Shown: piece after piece, positions 11,295 through 21,046 of the stretch | Numbering within the stretch: the first letter of the stretch is position 1 | Layout: each line of letters starts with the position of its first letter | Origin: a virus | Strand: one strand, 5' to 3' | Length of the DNA: 64,000 nt | IMG/VR virus record: IMGVR_UViG_3300020159_001521 | Location: 1-64,000 of that record | Notes under the pieces: model-generated | The model's input: the letters and a program-made list of their open reading frames with translations, nothing else | What the model was told of the DNA's origin: nothing | The model's database searches: none | Position numbers and translations under genes: made by a program

Positions 11295-13403
11295 TTAATT
11301 GTATTTGTCTAACCAACCACCGTTTTTCTTTTTCTCAATTAGTTCTTTTGCATATTTAGGAACAGCAAACCTTTCGTAGTCTTCTGGTTTGATGTATGTT
11401 GTATCTCCCTTCTGATTAGCAAATCCTATAAGAGCACTTGGTAGCCCACTTCCTGTTCCTGGAGAATACACAGGGCTCCCTTCATATATGTTTTGTTTTC
11501 TTTCTACAGGTTTGGGTTGTTCTGTTTTCTTAACAGGTTGTTCTTTCTTAGATTCAACTGTAGACTTACTAATAGGTTTAGAATTAGGTTTATTTATAGG
11601 TTTAGGTTTTGGCTTTGGTTTAGACTTAGAAACAACAGGAGGTGCAGTAGGAGGTGTTTTTAGTGGAACAGACTGTTTGTTTACTGTAGACAGTGCTCCT
11701 TGATTTTTCACATTGTTTTTAACATAATCGTCTGTAAACTTATTCCAAATTTTCTTAACACCACTTTCTAATTTATCATTTACATTTTGTAAAGATTTTC
11801 CTATATTAGTTTTACCTATAGCGTTGTTAATGTCACTTAGTTTAGAACCAACATTATCCCAAAAACCGCTTACTGGTTCATATTTTTCCCAAGGATCCAT
11901 TTCGGGATATTTATAGCTTGGTATTCTATAGTTTTTACCGCCTACAGTAACATTATCATATGATGTTGGTTTAACATCAGAAGTGTTATTTATAAGATTT
12001 TTATTTCGTGAAATAGATTGATCTACTGCTGAACTGTTTCTTGTACGAACTGCATCCCACAAAGCTTGAGTATAATCATATGTGTTTACAGAATCTAAAT
12101 AACTGTTTCCCATTTTTTTAAAATCACTCATTGGTATTTTTATTTTTTTACCACTTTGAGCAATAGGGTATTCTGTAACTGATTCACCATCAAACTCATA
12201 TTCTTCTCCAGGTTCCATATATTGTACATCTCCTGTATCAGAAATACCAATGAGAGGTTCGTACACTCCTTCCATGGTTATTTGGTTAGAACCTATTTCA
12301 ACAGGCTCTCCCCAGTTCTCTGGGTTCCAATAGCCCATGTCATCCTTCTTTATCTCTCCACCCTTTTCGTATTTCTTACCTCTAACAGCAGCATCCAATT
12401 GATCTTGAACATACATGTAAGGAGCAGAACGATATTGATAACTTTCTTTCGATAATGGTATAGCTGACGCACTGTAGAATTTATCTTGCTTAAGATGTTC
12501 TGGAACAGCTTTCAGTGATGTAGTTTTTCTTGGATATAGAAATCTATTCCTTGGAACTATATATTCATTAGGATTAACAGATTGTCTTTGTGCTTCCTTG
12601 AGAGCAACAACATCCTCATCAAACTTTACACTCTTCTTCCAAAAAGGAACTTTATATTCAGTGAGAAGCATATCCTCCCCTGTAACTAAACCAGGTCTTC
12701 CACCTGGTATATCAACACCTTTTAAATATTGAAATGCTTCGTCTAAGTCTTTAGTTGTCCAATCTCCCTTCTCATATACTTTTTTAGAAAGATCACTACT
12801 CTCATATCCCAAAACATTCTTACCAGGAACTTGTGCCCTGTATGTTCTGGTAGGATAGATAATGTCATCTACACCTTTAGCCATTTTAGCTCCTGCAAGA
12901 ATATTCACAGGATCTAAAATTAGGTCTGTAACAAAAGCCCCAGCTTTATTCTGAATACCCATTGCTTCAGAAGGTTTCTGATATTTACCAGATATAAGTT
13001 TAGTCAGAGCTTTTTGAGGAGCAGAAAGTACTTCTCCTACATTTTCAGCAAACTTTTGGTATTGTTCTGTTGTAGGTAAAATACCAATACCTAATTGAGC
13101 TTGTGGTATCTCACTTCCATCTTGACTTATGTTCTTTGGTTTCCAATCTAGTCCTTCTTGGTAGAATTTCATTTCTCCACCATCCTGTGCACTAGCTTTT
13201 GTCTTCTTAGCATAAGGACCATTGCTAGGAGCAGGGTTCTGCGTACGTGCGTACATGAATCCTACAGAACCAGGGAGAGATCCTCCTGTTTGCATTGTTC
13301 CACCCCATGCACCATTATAATTAAAGCCTTGGTCTGTTAAGCCATCCATTGTAGCTTCTATACCATTTTCAGCTTCTTTATATTTGTCTAACCACTTTTT
13401 CAT
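11295..13403 (-). CDS. Modular virion cargo protein with internal ADP-ribosyltransferase-like domain (702 aa)
   Basis: WLDKY at both termini; x[QE]xG(G) motifs; internal TYRA...GDWTTKDLDEAFQY...NEYIVP ART-like signature; Pro/Lys-rich linker. Confidence 0.6.
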   Translation of the reverse strand: MKKWLDKYKEAENGIEATMDGLTDQGFNYNGAWGGTMQTGGSLPGSVGFMYARTQNPAPSNGPYAKKTKASAQDGGEMKFYQEGLDWKPKNISQDGSEIPQAQLGIGILPTTEQYQKFAENVGEVLSAPQKALTKLISGKYQKPSEAMGIQNKAGAFVTDLILDPVNILAGAKMAKGVDDIIYPTRTYRAQVPGKNVLGYESSDLSKKVYEKGDWTTKDLDEAFQYLKGVDIPGGRPGLVTGEDMLLTEYKVPFWKKSVKFDEDVVALKEAQRQSVNPNEYIVPRNRFLYPRKTTSLKAVPEHLKQDKFYSASAIPLSKESYQYRSAPYMYVQDQLDAAVRGKKYEKGGEIKKDDMGYWNPENWGEPVEIGSNQITMEGVYEPLIGISDTGDVQYMEPGEEYEFDGESVTEYPIAQSGKKIKIPMSDFKKMGNSYLDSVNTYDYTQALWDAVRTRNSSAVDQSISRNKNLINNTSDVKPTSYDNVTVGGKNYRIPSYKYPEMDPWEKYEPVSGFWDNVGSKLSDINNAIGKTNIGKSLQNVNDKLESGVKKIWNKFTDDYVKNNVKNQGALSTVNKQSVPLKTPPTAPPVVSKSKPKPKPKPINKPNSKPISKSTVESKKEQPVKKTEQPKPVERKQNIYEGSPVYSPGTGSGLPSALIGFANQKGDTTYIKPEDYERFAVPKYAKELIEKKKNGGWLDKYN

Positions 13404-13406
13404 TAC

Positions 13407-13955
13407 TTATACAATTACGTGATTCCATTTAAGATTCTTAACAATATCATAGACAAAATGATACTTTTTATTATACATCTTTGCTATCTTTGAAACAGAA
13501 AGATTGTTATACTTGTAAAGAATTTTTATTTTAGCAACCTCTTCTTCATTAGTTTTAGCCATAGGATTTTTTGAACCACTAATGCAATTGTTCCTCCCTT
13601 CTTTATGCATTTGTTGTGCATTATCTTTGCAAGTTCCCCATTTAAGATTTTCTAACTTATTATTCAACTTATTATTATCTAGATGCATGGAAACTTCTCC
13701 ATCTTTAGGCATTCTGTCAAAAGTCATTAACACAATTCTATTTATTCTAAAAGTCTTTAACTTTTTATCTTTGTATAAATTTACATGATAATACCCAGAA
13801 GGAGACAATATTGGTTTTAACGTTTCCTCTGGATATGTTCTAAAATATCCTTTGTGTTTTTCTACCCACACTTTACTAGCTAATCTTTTTACATTTCCTA
13901 AATTGCTAACTTGATAAAGTTCTTCATATCCAGGAACATTATTCCAAATTTCCAT
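13407..13955 (-). mobile_element. Free-standing NUMOD4-HNH homing endonuclease
   Basis: EIWNNVPGYEELYQVSNLGNVKR (NUMOD4) and MHLDNNKLNNKLENLKWGTCKDN (HNH_3); C-terminal HTH; AT-rich insert between structural genes. Confidence 0.9.
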
Positions 13956-13961
13956 ACATTA

Positions 13962-14831
13962 TTATTTATAACTTATCATTGTACTTGTAACAACAAATTG
14001 ACTTACAATATGAATGTCTGACTTGTCATCTAATGTGTGACGAATTTTAAGGTCCTTGGCCATTATTGGAGATTTCTTAAAGGATCTCTTACCATAATCC
14101 ATATTAGCTTGATTAACTATTTTATCTATTGACATTGATTGACAGCTGTTTGTGAATAAAGGTACTGTCTTGCTCTTAATCAATGACCAGAATGTGTTGT
14201 ATTGATAGAAGTTGTCGCTCTTTGTAAATGTAATTGTTTTACTCTCATCATTATACAAAGGATACTTCATGTATTGGTTGAGGTTGTTCAATGGTTTAGG
14301 AACAAGCTCAAGCACTCCTGATGATTGCTGACCATTGTACAAGACTGCTTTATTGAAATAGTGTTGGTCTGTCTCCACCTTCTGATTGTCGTTAAATACA
14401 CCATCTGCACTTTGTATATATCTATACACCTTGCTATAGTCTTTTACATTCTGCAAGATTTCATCTTGGTATTTGTATGCAAAAGGATATTCAATAATGT
14501 ATGGATGAATACATCCATAGAACTTATTGTAAATAACTGGATTAGTAAGATGTCTCCAGAGAGATGCTGTGTTGGTGTCTTGAAACTGTATAGCTGCAAG
14601 TTCCTCCACTGTAGCTGTTCCTATTGGAATGTTTATCGATGTTGTGCAACATGTGTACAGAGACTTTATGACAATCACCTTTACATCATCATCCACACTG
14701 AAGGTGATGCCGCTTATTATATTTTCCTTAGACACATTAGTAGAAAGAACAACTCCTTTATCATCTAAGATTTCAAAAGGACCTGTTCTTCTACCAGCGC
14801 TTGTGAGTTTTATAATGATTGTCTTAGCCAT
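13962..14831 (-). CDS. C-terminal part of split muzzle/tail stabilisation protein, preceded by an LTxAGxxTGPF domain
   Basis: SLWRHL..IYNKFYG..PYIIEY continues the sequence pattern that normally follows WxSFHSYxP in this family; first ~70 aa are homologous to the N-terminus of 14845-15456. Confidence 0.6.
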   Translation of the reverse strand: MAKTIIIKLTSAGRRTGPFEILDDKGVVLSTNVSKENIISGITFSVDDDVKVIVIKSLYTCCTTSINIPIGTATVEELAAIQFQDTNTASLWRHLTNPVIYNKFYGCIHPYIIEYPFAYKYQDEILQNVKDYSKVYRYIQSADGVFNDNQKVETDQHYFNKAVLYNGQQSSGVLELVPKPLNNLNQYMKYPLYNDESKTITFTKSDNFYQYNTFWSLIKSKTVPLFTNSCQSMSIDKIVNQANMDYGKRSFKKSPIMAKDLKIRHTLDDKSDIHIVSQFVVTSTMISYK

Positions 14832-14844
14832 CTACATTTTACAT

Positions 14845-15456
14845 TTAACAAGTTCCTTGATTATCACCATTAACAGTGAAATAGAAAGTTCTTGTATTCA
14901 CATTAGTTATCAAAAACCATGTACAACTTAGAGCTGAGAAAGCAGGACATGTTGTTATGTCTCTTGCACTCTGCCATGTGATTCCTGTATTACCATTTGT
15001 AGTAATCTTAACAGCAAGAGAAGAGTTTCTCTGTACATTCAACACTGCTCTTTGTACACAACCTGTATCGCTGAAAGCTGCACCTGTTGCTGTCCAACTT
15101 ATTCCTCCATCTTGTGAATAAGCAAATTTCAATGCTGGAAAAACTGATGCTGCTGGATCATGTCTTGCGTACAATATAATCTGAACCAAATCTTGAGAAG
15201 TGGTAGTGGAAGTGGTACTGGTGGTTATACCAGCAATTGGTAAGTCTACAAAATTAGTACACAAAATACTTGTTGACCTCACCCTAACAACTGTTGCTCC
15301 ATCAGGAACAACTGTTGATGTATATCCTGCTAAAAGAGCTGCTCTAGAAACTCCTGTTTGAAATGGTGTTACAAATCCGTCAGCGTTTGAAAACAAATTA
15401 AAAGGACCTGTATCAGCTCCTGCGGTGGTTAATGTTAATATTACTGTTTGTGGCAT
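14845..15456 (-). CDS. Tail accessory/adhesin-like protein (LTxAGxxTGPF domain, Thr linker, Asp-box domain)
   Basis: MPQTVILTLTTAGADTGPF..., TTSTTSTTTS linker, YSQDGGISW Asp-box (SxDxGxxW). Confidence 0.55.
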   Translation of the reverse strand: MPQTVILTLTTAGADTGPFNLFSNADGFVTPFQTGVSRAALLAGYTSTVVPDGATVVRVRSTSILCTNFVDLPIAGITTSTTSTTTSQDLVQIILYARHDPAASVFPALKFAYSQDGGISWTATGAAFSDTGCVQRAVLNVQRNSSLAVKITTNGNTGITWQSARDITTCPAFSALSCTWFLITNVNTRTFYFTVNGDNQGTC

Positions 15457-15467
15457 ATTAGAAAGTT

Positions 15468-18400
15468 TTATGAAATTATAGCTATTTCAGCAGTTCCAGC
15501 AAGTGCACAATTTGCTAACACTGTAGTTGTACTAGTGGTGGTTGGTGGAACAAACGTTGCTGTTCCTACTAATCTACAATCTCCCACTCTAGCAGTTCCA
15601 GCAAGCGTACACACGGGTGTACGTGTAGTTGTGCTAGTTGTTGTGGTTGTAGGAACTTCTTGTACAGCAATTGCGTGTAAATCACATCCCTCATTCAATC
15701 CAGAATAGAAGAAGTTATTTTCAGCAATGTACCAGTTTGGAATGTAGCTATGGAAACTCACCCAACTGTTTGTGTTTAAGTTGAATGATAGAGTCCAAGA
15801 CTTATTACAAAAATACGTAGTATCAGTTAAATAAACAACATCACGAACAGTGGTGTAAAACAGACCTTCTGTAGGTAGTAGATACTGTGTCTCGATATAG
15901 AACTCATTTGTAGCAGCATCATATTTGATGTCGTTTCTCAGAGGAATATAATCAAGCTTAGTTATTATTATCCTTTCATACTTACTATCAAACACACCAT
16001 GTAATCCAACACCATTAAAATGGTTGTCGCTAGGAACATTTGGATAGTAGCGTAGTATTTCGAAAGCAAGATGGTCTGTAAAGAATCTGTTTAGTCCTGA
16101 ACCAAAGCCTGTCAAATCTTGTGCACTGTTTCCTGAAATAAGAAACACTTGTCCTCTCTTAGCATCAATTGTTAGCTGTCCTTGAGGAATCTTTAACAAC
16201 ATCTTGTTTTGACTTCCTACATAACCAAGGTCTGTTTCTGCGAAATCTACAGGAGGCGAGCTTCTGAACAGTGTATCGTTTCCTATGTATGCAGCTTGAG
16301 GATTGCTTGTGTCAATGGTCAACATTGTGTTGTACAACAAGCTCTTGTTCTCAAACCTAGCAAGCACAGCTCTGTTTTGTATACCATCCAGACTGGTCAG
16401 CTTACCATAGTTCTGTGGGAAATCAAAGAAGCTAATTGGTCTGTAAATCAACCAACTGTTTATTCTATTATCTGTAAAACTTTGTTGCCTATCAGAATAT
16501 ATTGCTCTGAAGGGGAAGTTTGTAAAGCATTGATTAGCATCCCAGTTTATAGGAAGATGTGTAAAGAAGTTCTCTTTGTTTTGCTTTGAATATGTTGTAT
16601 TGTAATAATACGTGTTATCAAATGCAATGCTAACGTTAGTTTCCTGGAACCAATCATCAGGAATACCTGTGCTTACGTGTGGGAAGAAATCACCATCCGT
16701 AGTGTTGAATGCTTGTCTAAGATCAACGTTTACACTAGACTCACAATAGAATGTAGGAATGCCATAAGCAAACATGTACATCTTTCCATCATAATATGTT
16801 CTTCCAGGATTTAAAGCAGGTGGAGCAGGAAGTTGACTATTAGGACAATCAAAACTGTGAGCTTTGATTGATATAACATTTCTAAGTGTTCTAGGACTAG
16901 GAACCCCATCATCAACAACATAATCATACAGAATAGATCTAGCTGAATGCCAGTATTCTGGATAGGCTACATTACCAATCTCATCATAAAATACATCACT
17001 GTCATCAGGAGCTCCCACTCTATTGTCAATAAAGAATGGAAGTTTTGTCTTGAATGAGAACTCGTTTATAAACGTATCTCCTCCAAAAACTGTAACAAGT
17101 GGATCTGATTGTGCATCAACATTTCTTTGGAACCCTGTTTCAATTGTATCGTAAGAATAAATTTGACCCCACTGGTTAGTGAATATGTTCTTGATTGATC
17201 CATAATAGCATACAGTGGATATGTCAAACAGTTTTTCTGCTTGAGAGCAATTTAATTCAGGAGTGGCTGTAGGAGCATTAGAAACTATATATCTTGTCTT
17301 ATCTTCAACAAGACTGTATCCTCCTGAAGAAACAAGACTTGGTGTTTGACTTGGATATGGTAGAGGAGTTACATCTTCGTTAGTCTTAAGATAGACAGAA
17401 GACTCTCTCTGGTAGTTGTTGATATTACTGTTGTCTCCTGCAGATTGAACGCCAGGAACAAGGTATTGTTTTATATCAAGAGGTCTTTGCTTAACTCCCA
17501 GTCCATTATCAATTGTAGACCAATAGTCATAGCTGGCTATAGAATTATACGAATACCCATAATTCCTTCTTGTGATGCCATTTATATAAATAGTGAGATA
17601 GGATTGATATGCAGCAAACATTGCTGTAGCATCAAAATTGGTGCTAATGTTTCCAATCCCTTCACTAGAATCAAGCGCATCTTGTTGTGCTTGTTTACTC
17701 AACAGTTTGTACAAAGCATTGTCTTGTACTTGTACAAAGTGAGCAGAACCTCCACCATATACAACATTCTCAAGCTTCAATACGTTCCCAAGGAACGGTT
17801 GACCAAAAGATGTTTCTGGAGAATTAAATACGTGTCTGTATTTAGATTCATCTGTAGAGAATGCAGAAAGTCTATCTGGGTAACAAAACTCATTTGGTGA
17901 ATCAGAAGAATCACCAGTTTTTATAATTGTATACCCACCAATTGTAAATGCTACAGTTGGTACTGTAGGGATTTGTACTTGTAATATTCTAGACTGACCA
18001 AAGAATAGTGTAACGTATTCAGTTGTTCCAGTGAGTGCATCTACATATCCAAATTTTGTAGTGACACCATCAGCGCTTACACGATATGTGTCATATTGTA
18101 GTGCTATAGGAGGAGCAGTGAATGTTCCAGAAACAGCAACAGGCTTAGTGAGAGAACATATCTGCAACACCTGTCCTGCATACATTGCAGCGCTAACTAA
18201 TGTGTTTGTGTAACAATCTGTATATTCATAGAATCCATCTGTAGCGCACGTAGCATTGAATGTGACACACTCTCTGTTGTATGCATTATTCTTCTCAAGA
18301 AGAAATGGATCCTCTCTAAGATCATTGTATGGATAGTTGGGGAAATAATAATCTGTTCCTTCTCTGTTGTATTTTCCTACGTTCCTAAGGATGCCCTTAG

Positions 18401-20132
18401 CAACAACTGATTTATTTGTAGCCCTGTCACCACGAACAATCTTAAATCCAACAATAGCGTCTTTTTGAGCTTGTGTCAAATCAGACAAAGCTACGAATTG
18501 TTCAATCTGTTGAGAATCAACAAGAACACCAATTGGAAATATAGACCTGTCTTGAATAGTGAGATTTGCATATCTACCACCTAACGATATTGTAGGAGTG
18601 CCACTTTCAAATATAGGGCTCACTCTTACATCAGGGAACTTATGATGTCTAATTGGTTGATTAGCTAAGTCTCCCCACACTTCAGCGTTACATGGATATA
18701 CATCTGTAGATTCCCAATATGCAAACTCTCCATGTTGATGAGGAGTGGCGTTTCCAATATTATCTCCTACACCTGGTCCAATAACAGATGCTGTATTGTA
18801 TATTTTCCAATACTTACTATATCCTGTTCCTCCAGCTGTATAATCTGGTTCTCCTACAAAATCAGGATTTGTACTAGGAACATCAGGTTGTATAAGTTCT
18901 GTAAAAGATATTTCTCTTCCAGGGATATGAAATCCATCTGTTTGTTTTCCGTTCTTCAATAAGAAGACAATCTCAAATGCGTACACCTCATCCCTCAGAT
19001 ATCCTCTGAGGTTGGTGGCATTTAGTTCATCTGAATAGTTCTCATTTGCAGGAAGCTTATAAGTTTGCCATTTAAGACCTATCTTATTAGCAATCTTCTG
19101 ATAGTTAACTCTATCTATAGATGTAAGATTGTCCCAAACGATTAAGTCTTGTACAGCAGTTAAATCTTGTGCAATGTCGTAATATGGGAACTTCTCAAAT
19201 ATATCGTTGATGCTCAGTTGAATCTGAGTTTGATTCTGACCGTTGTATGTTATCGTGTTTACAGAATCATCTATAAAATATGTACCAACAAGTTCGACAG
19301 ATGTAATTGCATTCACTGTCTTTATTACAGCCAGATTGTAATATTCAAAATATCCTGTTACGTCTAAGTTAGATATGTCAACTATAATAGACTTTCCTAC
19401 AGGATAGTTGAAATTTGGTGTAACTATCTGTAAGTCAGCAATTGGTGTTGGGTTTGTTACAGAGTAGTATGATGTGTATGCATCTCCTGCAACATCACAA
19501 TATTGAATAGCAAACTGATAAGTGCCAGCAATAAGATTACCACCACTTATAACATCTATCACTCTTAAGCTAGGAATGCTAAAGTTTGGTTGTACGTTAA
19601 GTTTATTGCAATCGATTGTAGATGTTGTAACATTGTCACATACATCTGTACCAGGTTGTATTGCATAAGGTAGATTGTTTAAATCAAGATATCTACGTGG
19701 ATTTAAACCATCTGTCCAATAAATCTCTGTACTACAATTTGTTATCTTGTGTACGGATTTATGAATTGGATAGTTGATATTAAAGTTGAGACAAGGAGCG
19801 TTGATGTATGTCCTATAGACACAATCATTACCATCCATATATCCAATCTCAGACGCACCAGTGTTTGGGTTTGTCAGAAAGAATATATGCTTGCTCTGCT
19901 CATTTATTAGATGAGTTCCTATTAAGTGATAGTTTTCTGGAAAGTTTAGACACAACTCATTACCTGGCTCATTCTGATAGTTAACAGAATTAGCATCATA
20001 GTTTTCCAAAGAAGCGTTCAGTGCATAGGAAAGCTTACCCTGAGCTATCTGATTAACAGATGAGTCCATGTCAAGCCCTATTCTACCTACTGCTTGTTCT
20101 AATCTAATATTACCCGTTTCTTCTCCAGCCAT
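15468..20132 (-). CDS. Muzzle / tail stabilisation protein (P22 gp10-like), main part (1554 aa)
   Basis: GLDMDSS...LNA start, YWTDGLNPRRYLDL, GYLRDEVYAFEIVF, IRHHKFPD, GGDTFI, WVSFHSYIPNWY; follows the tail tubular gene as in crAss-like phages. Confidence 0.8.
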   Translation of the reverse strand: MAGEETGNIRLEQAVGRIGLDMDSSVNQIAQGKLSYALNASLENYDANSVNYQNEPGNELCLNFPENYHLIGTHLINEQSKHIFFLTNPNTGASEIGYMDGNDCVYRTYINAPCLNFNINYPIHKSVHKITNCSTEIYWTDGLNPRRYLDLNNLPYAIQPGTDVCDNVTTSTIDCNKLNVQPNFSIPSLRVIDVISGGNLIAGTYQFAIQYCDVAGDAYTSYYSVTNPTPIADLQIVTPNFNYPVGKSIIVDISNLDVTGYFEYYNLAVIKTVNAITSVELVGTYFIDDSVNTITYNGQNQTQIQLSINDIFEKFPYYDIAQDLTAVQDLIVWDNLTSIDRVNYQKIANKIGLKWQTYKLPANENYSDELNATNLRGYLRDEVYAFEIVFLLKNGKQTDGFHIPGREISFTELIQPDVPSTNPDFVGEPDYTAGGTGYSKYWKIYNTASVIGPGVGDNIGNATPHQHGEFAYWESTDVYPCNAEVWGDLANQPIRHHKFPDVRVSPIFESGTPTISLGGRYANLTIQDRSIFPIGVLVDSQQIEQFVALSDLTQAQKDAIVGFKIVRGDRATNKSVVAKGILRNVGKYNREGTDYYFPNYPYNDLREDPFLLEKNNAYNRECVTFNATCATDGFYEYTDCYTNTLVSAAMYAGQVLQICSLTKPVAVSGTFTAPPIALQYDTYRVSADGVTTKFGYVDALTGTTEYVTLFFGQSRILQVQIPTVPTVAFTIGGYTIIKTGDSSDSPNEFCYPDRLSAFSTDESKYRHVFNSPETSFGQPFLGNVLKLENVVYGGGSAHFVQVQDNALYKLLSKQAQQDALDSSEGIGNISTNFDATAMFAAYQSYLTIYINGITRRNYGYSYNSIASYDYWSTIDNGLGVKQRPLDIKQYLVPGVQSAGDNSNINNYQRESSVYLKTNEDVTPLPYPSQTPSLVSSGGYSLVEDKTRYIVSNAPTATPELNCSQAEKLFDISTVCYYGSIKNIFTNQWGQIYSYDTIETGFQRNVDAQSDPLVTVFGGDTFINEFSFKTKLPFFIDNRVGAPDDSDVFYDEIGNVAYPEYWHSARSILYDYVVDDGVPSPRTLRNVISIKAHSFDCPNSQLPAPPALNPGRTYYDGKMYMFAYGIPTFYCESSVNVDLRQAFNTTDGDFFPHVSTGIPDDWFQETNVSIAFDNTYYYNTTYSKQNKENFFTHLPINWDANQCFTNFPFRAIYSDRQQSFTDNRINSWLIYRPISFFDFPQNYGKLTSLDGIQNRAVLARFENKSLLYNTMLTIDTSNPQAAYIGNDTLFRSSPPVDFAETDLGYVGSQNKMLLKIPQGQLTIDAKRGQVFLISGNSAQDLTGFGSGLNRFFTDHLAFEILRYYPNVPSDNHFNGVGLHGVFDSKYERIIITKLDYIPLRNDIKYDAATNEFYIETQYLLPTEGLFYTTVRDVVYLTDTTYFCNKSWTLSFNLNTNSWVSFHSYIPNWYIAENNFFYSGLNEGCDLHAIAVQEVPTTTTTSTTTRTPVCTLAGTARVGDCRLVGTATFVPPTTTSTTTVLANCALAGTAEIAIIS

Positions 20133-21039
20133 ATCTGTTTACTCTATTTGGTAATTCATACATGTTGAATCTGTTCAAATCTTGCTTTATCCTTCTTTGT
20201 TTAGCATACACATCTTGCTTCTTCACCTCTATATCTGCCATTATGAAGGCTTCTTCAGACATTTGTTTGTAATAGGCAAGCTTCTGTTGAATCTGATTGA
20301 ATGTCTCATCGTTTATTTGATTAGACAATGTTTCAAACACTTTAAACTTAATGAATGCTTCTACAAATTCTCTGATACGATAGTTGTCTGGAATCATCTG
20401 ATTACCAATATTATCGTATTCGTAAACATAGAATATAAGATGAACAACACCTTGTCTGAAGTTTGTGACAAACTTATTGTCTCTGATATCAAAGCTATCA
20501 GCAGCTGAGCTGCCAAGATTTGCACAATCTAAAGAACAATGTGCCTTAACAGAAATGTTTCCTGGTTTAAGCAAGTATGATCTTTGATAGGCAATATTTA
20601 ATTCGTTATTTGTTTTATAGACAGCCTGTATAAGTTCAGGCATGCACGTACCTGCGCACGAGGGATCTACACAGCTAGGATTGTTACAAGGTGTACCACC
20701 AATTGTAAGAGGACTAACTTGTATTGTTGTTTGAGAAGAAGCTTGAGAATAGAAAGAATTAGCTGATCTGTAGGGATAACCATCTACAGATGTACACATC
20801 CAAGCTTCTCTCACAGCAAAGAAATTGTCTGGAAGTCTTGTTTGAAAATCCTCTATAGTGAGGTAGGTTTCTTGTATTTGATATGTGGCTCTTCCCAACT
20901 TCCTAAGACATTTGTCTAGGTATGTAGGAAATAGTAAGTCATCTACAGCTCCTGTATCGAAATAGCTTTTCAGTTCCTCCTTAACAACGGAGAAGACTGG
21001 TTCTGGGCTAACAAAGTCGTATTTATAATAGTAGCTCAT
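20110..21039 (-). CDS. Tail tubular / ring protein
   Basis: Directly upstream of the muzzle gene; LPDNF..V, FVTNFRQGVVHLIFY, MIPDN motifs typical of crAss-like ring proteins. Confidence 0.65.
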   Translation of the reverse strand: MSYYYKYDFVSPEPVFSVVKEELKSYFDTGAVDDLLFPTYLDKCLRKLGRATYQIQETYLTIEDFQTRLPDNFFAVREAWMCTSVDGYPYRSANSFYSQASSQTTIQVSPLTIGGTPCNNPSCVDPSCAGTCMPELIQAVYKTNNELNIAYQRSYLLKPGNISVKAHCSLDCANLGSSAADSFDIRDNKFVTNFRQGVVHLIFYVYEYDNIGNQMIPDNYRIREFVEAFIKFKVFETLSNQINDETFNQIQQKLAYYKQMSEEAFIMADIEVKKQDVYAKQRRIKQDLNRFNMYELPNRVNRYGWRRNG

Positions 21040-21046
21040 TTTTGTG

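Noticed and set aside
13407-13955. Group I intron around the HNH gene
   Set aside because: Only 3-6 nt separate it from its neighbours and the flanking genes are complete; it is free-standing.
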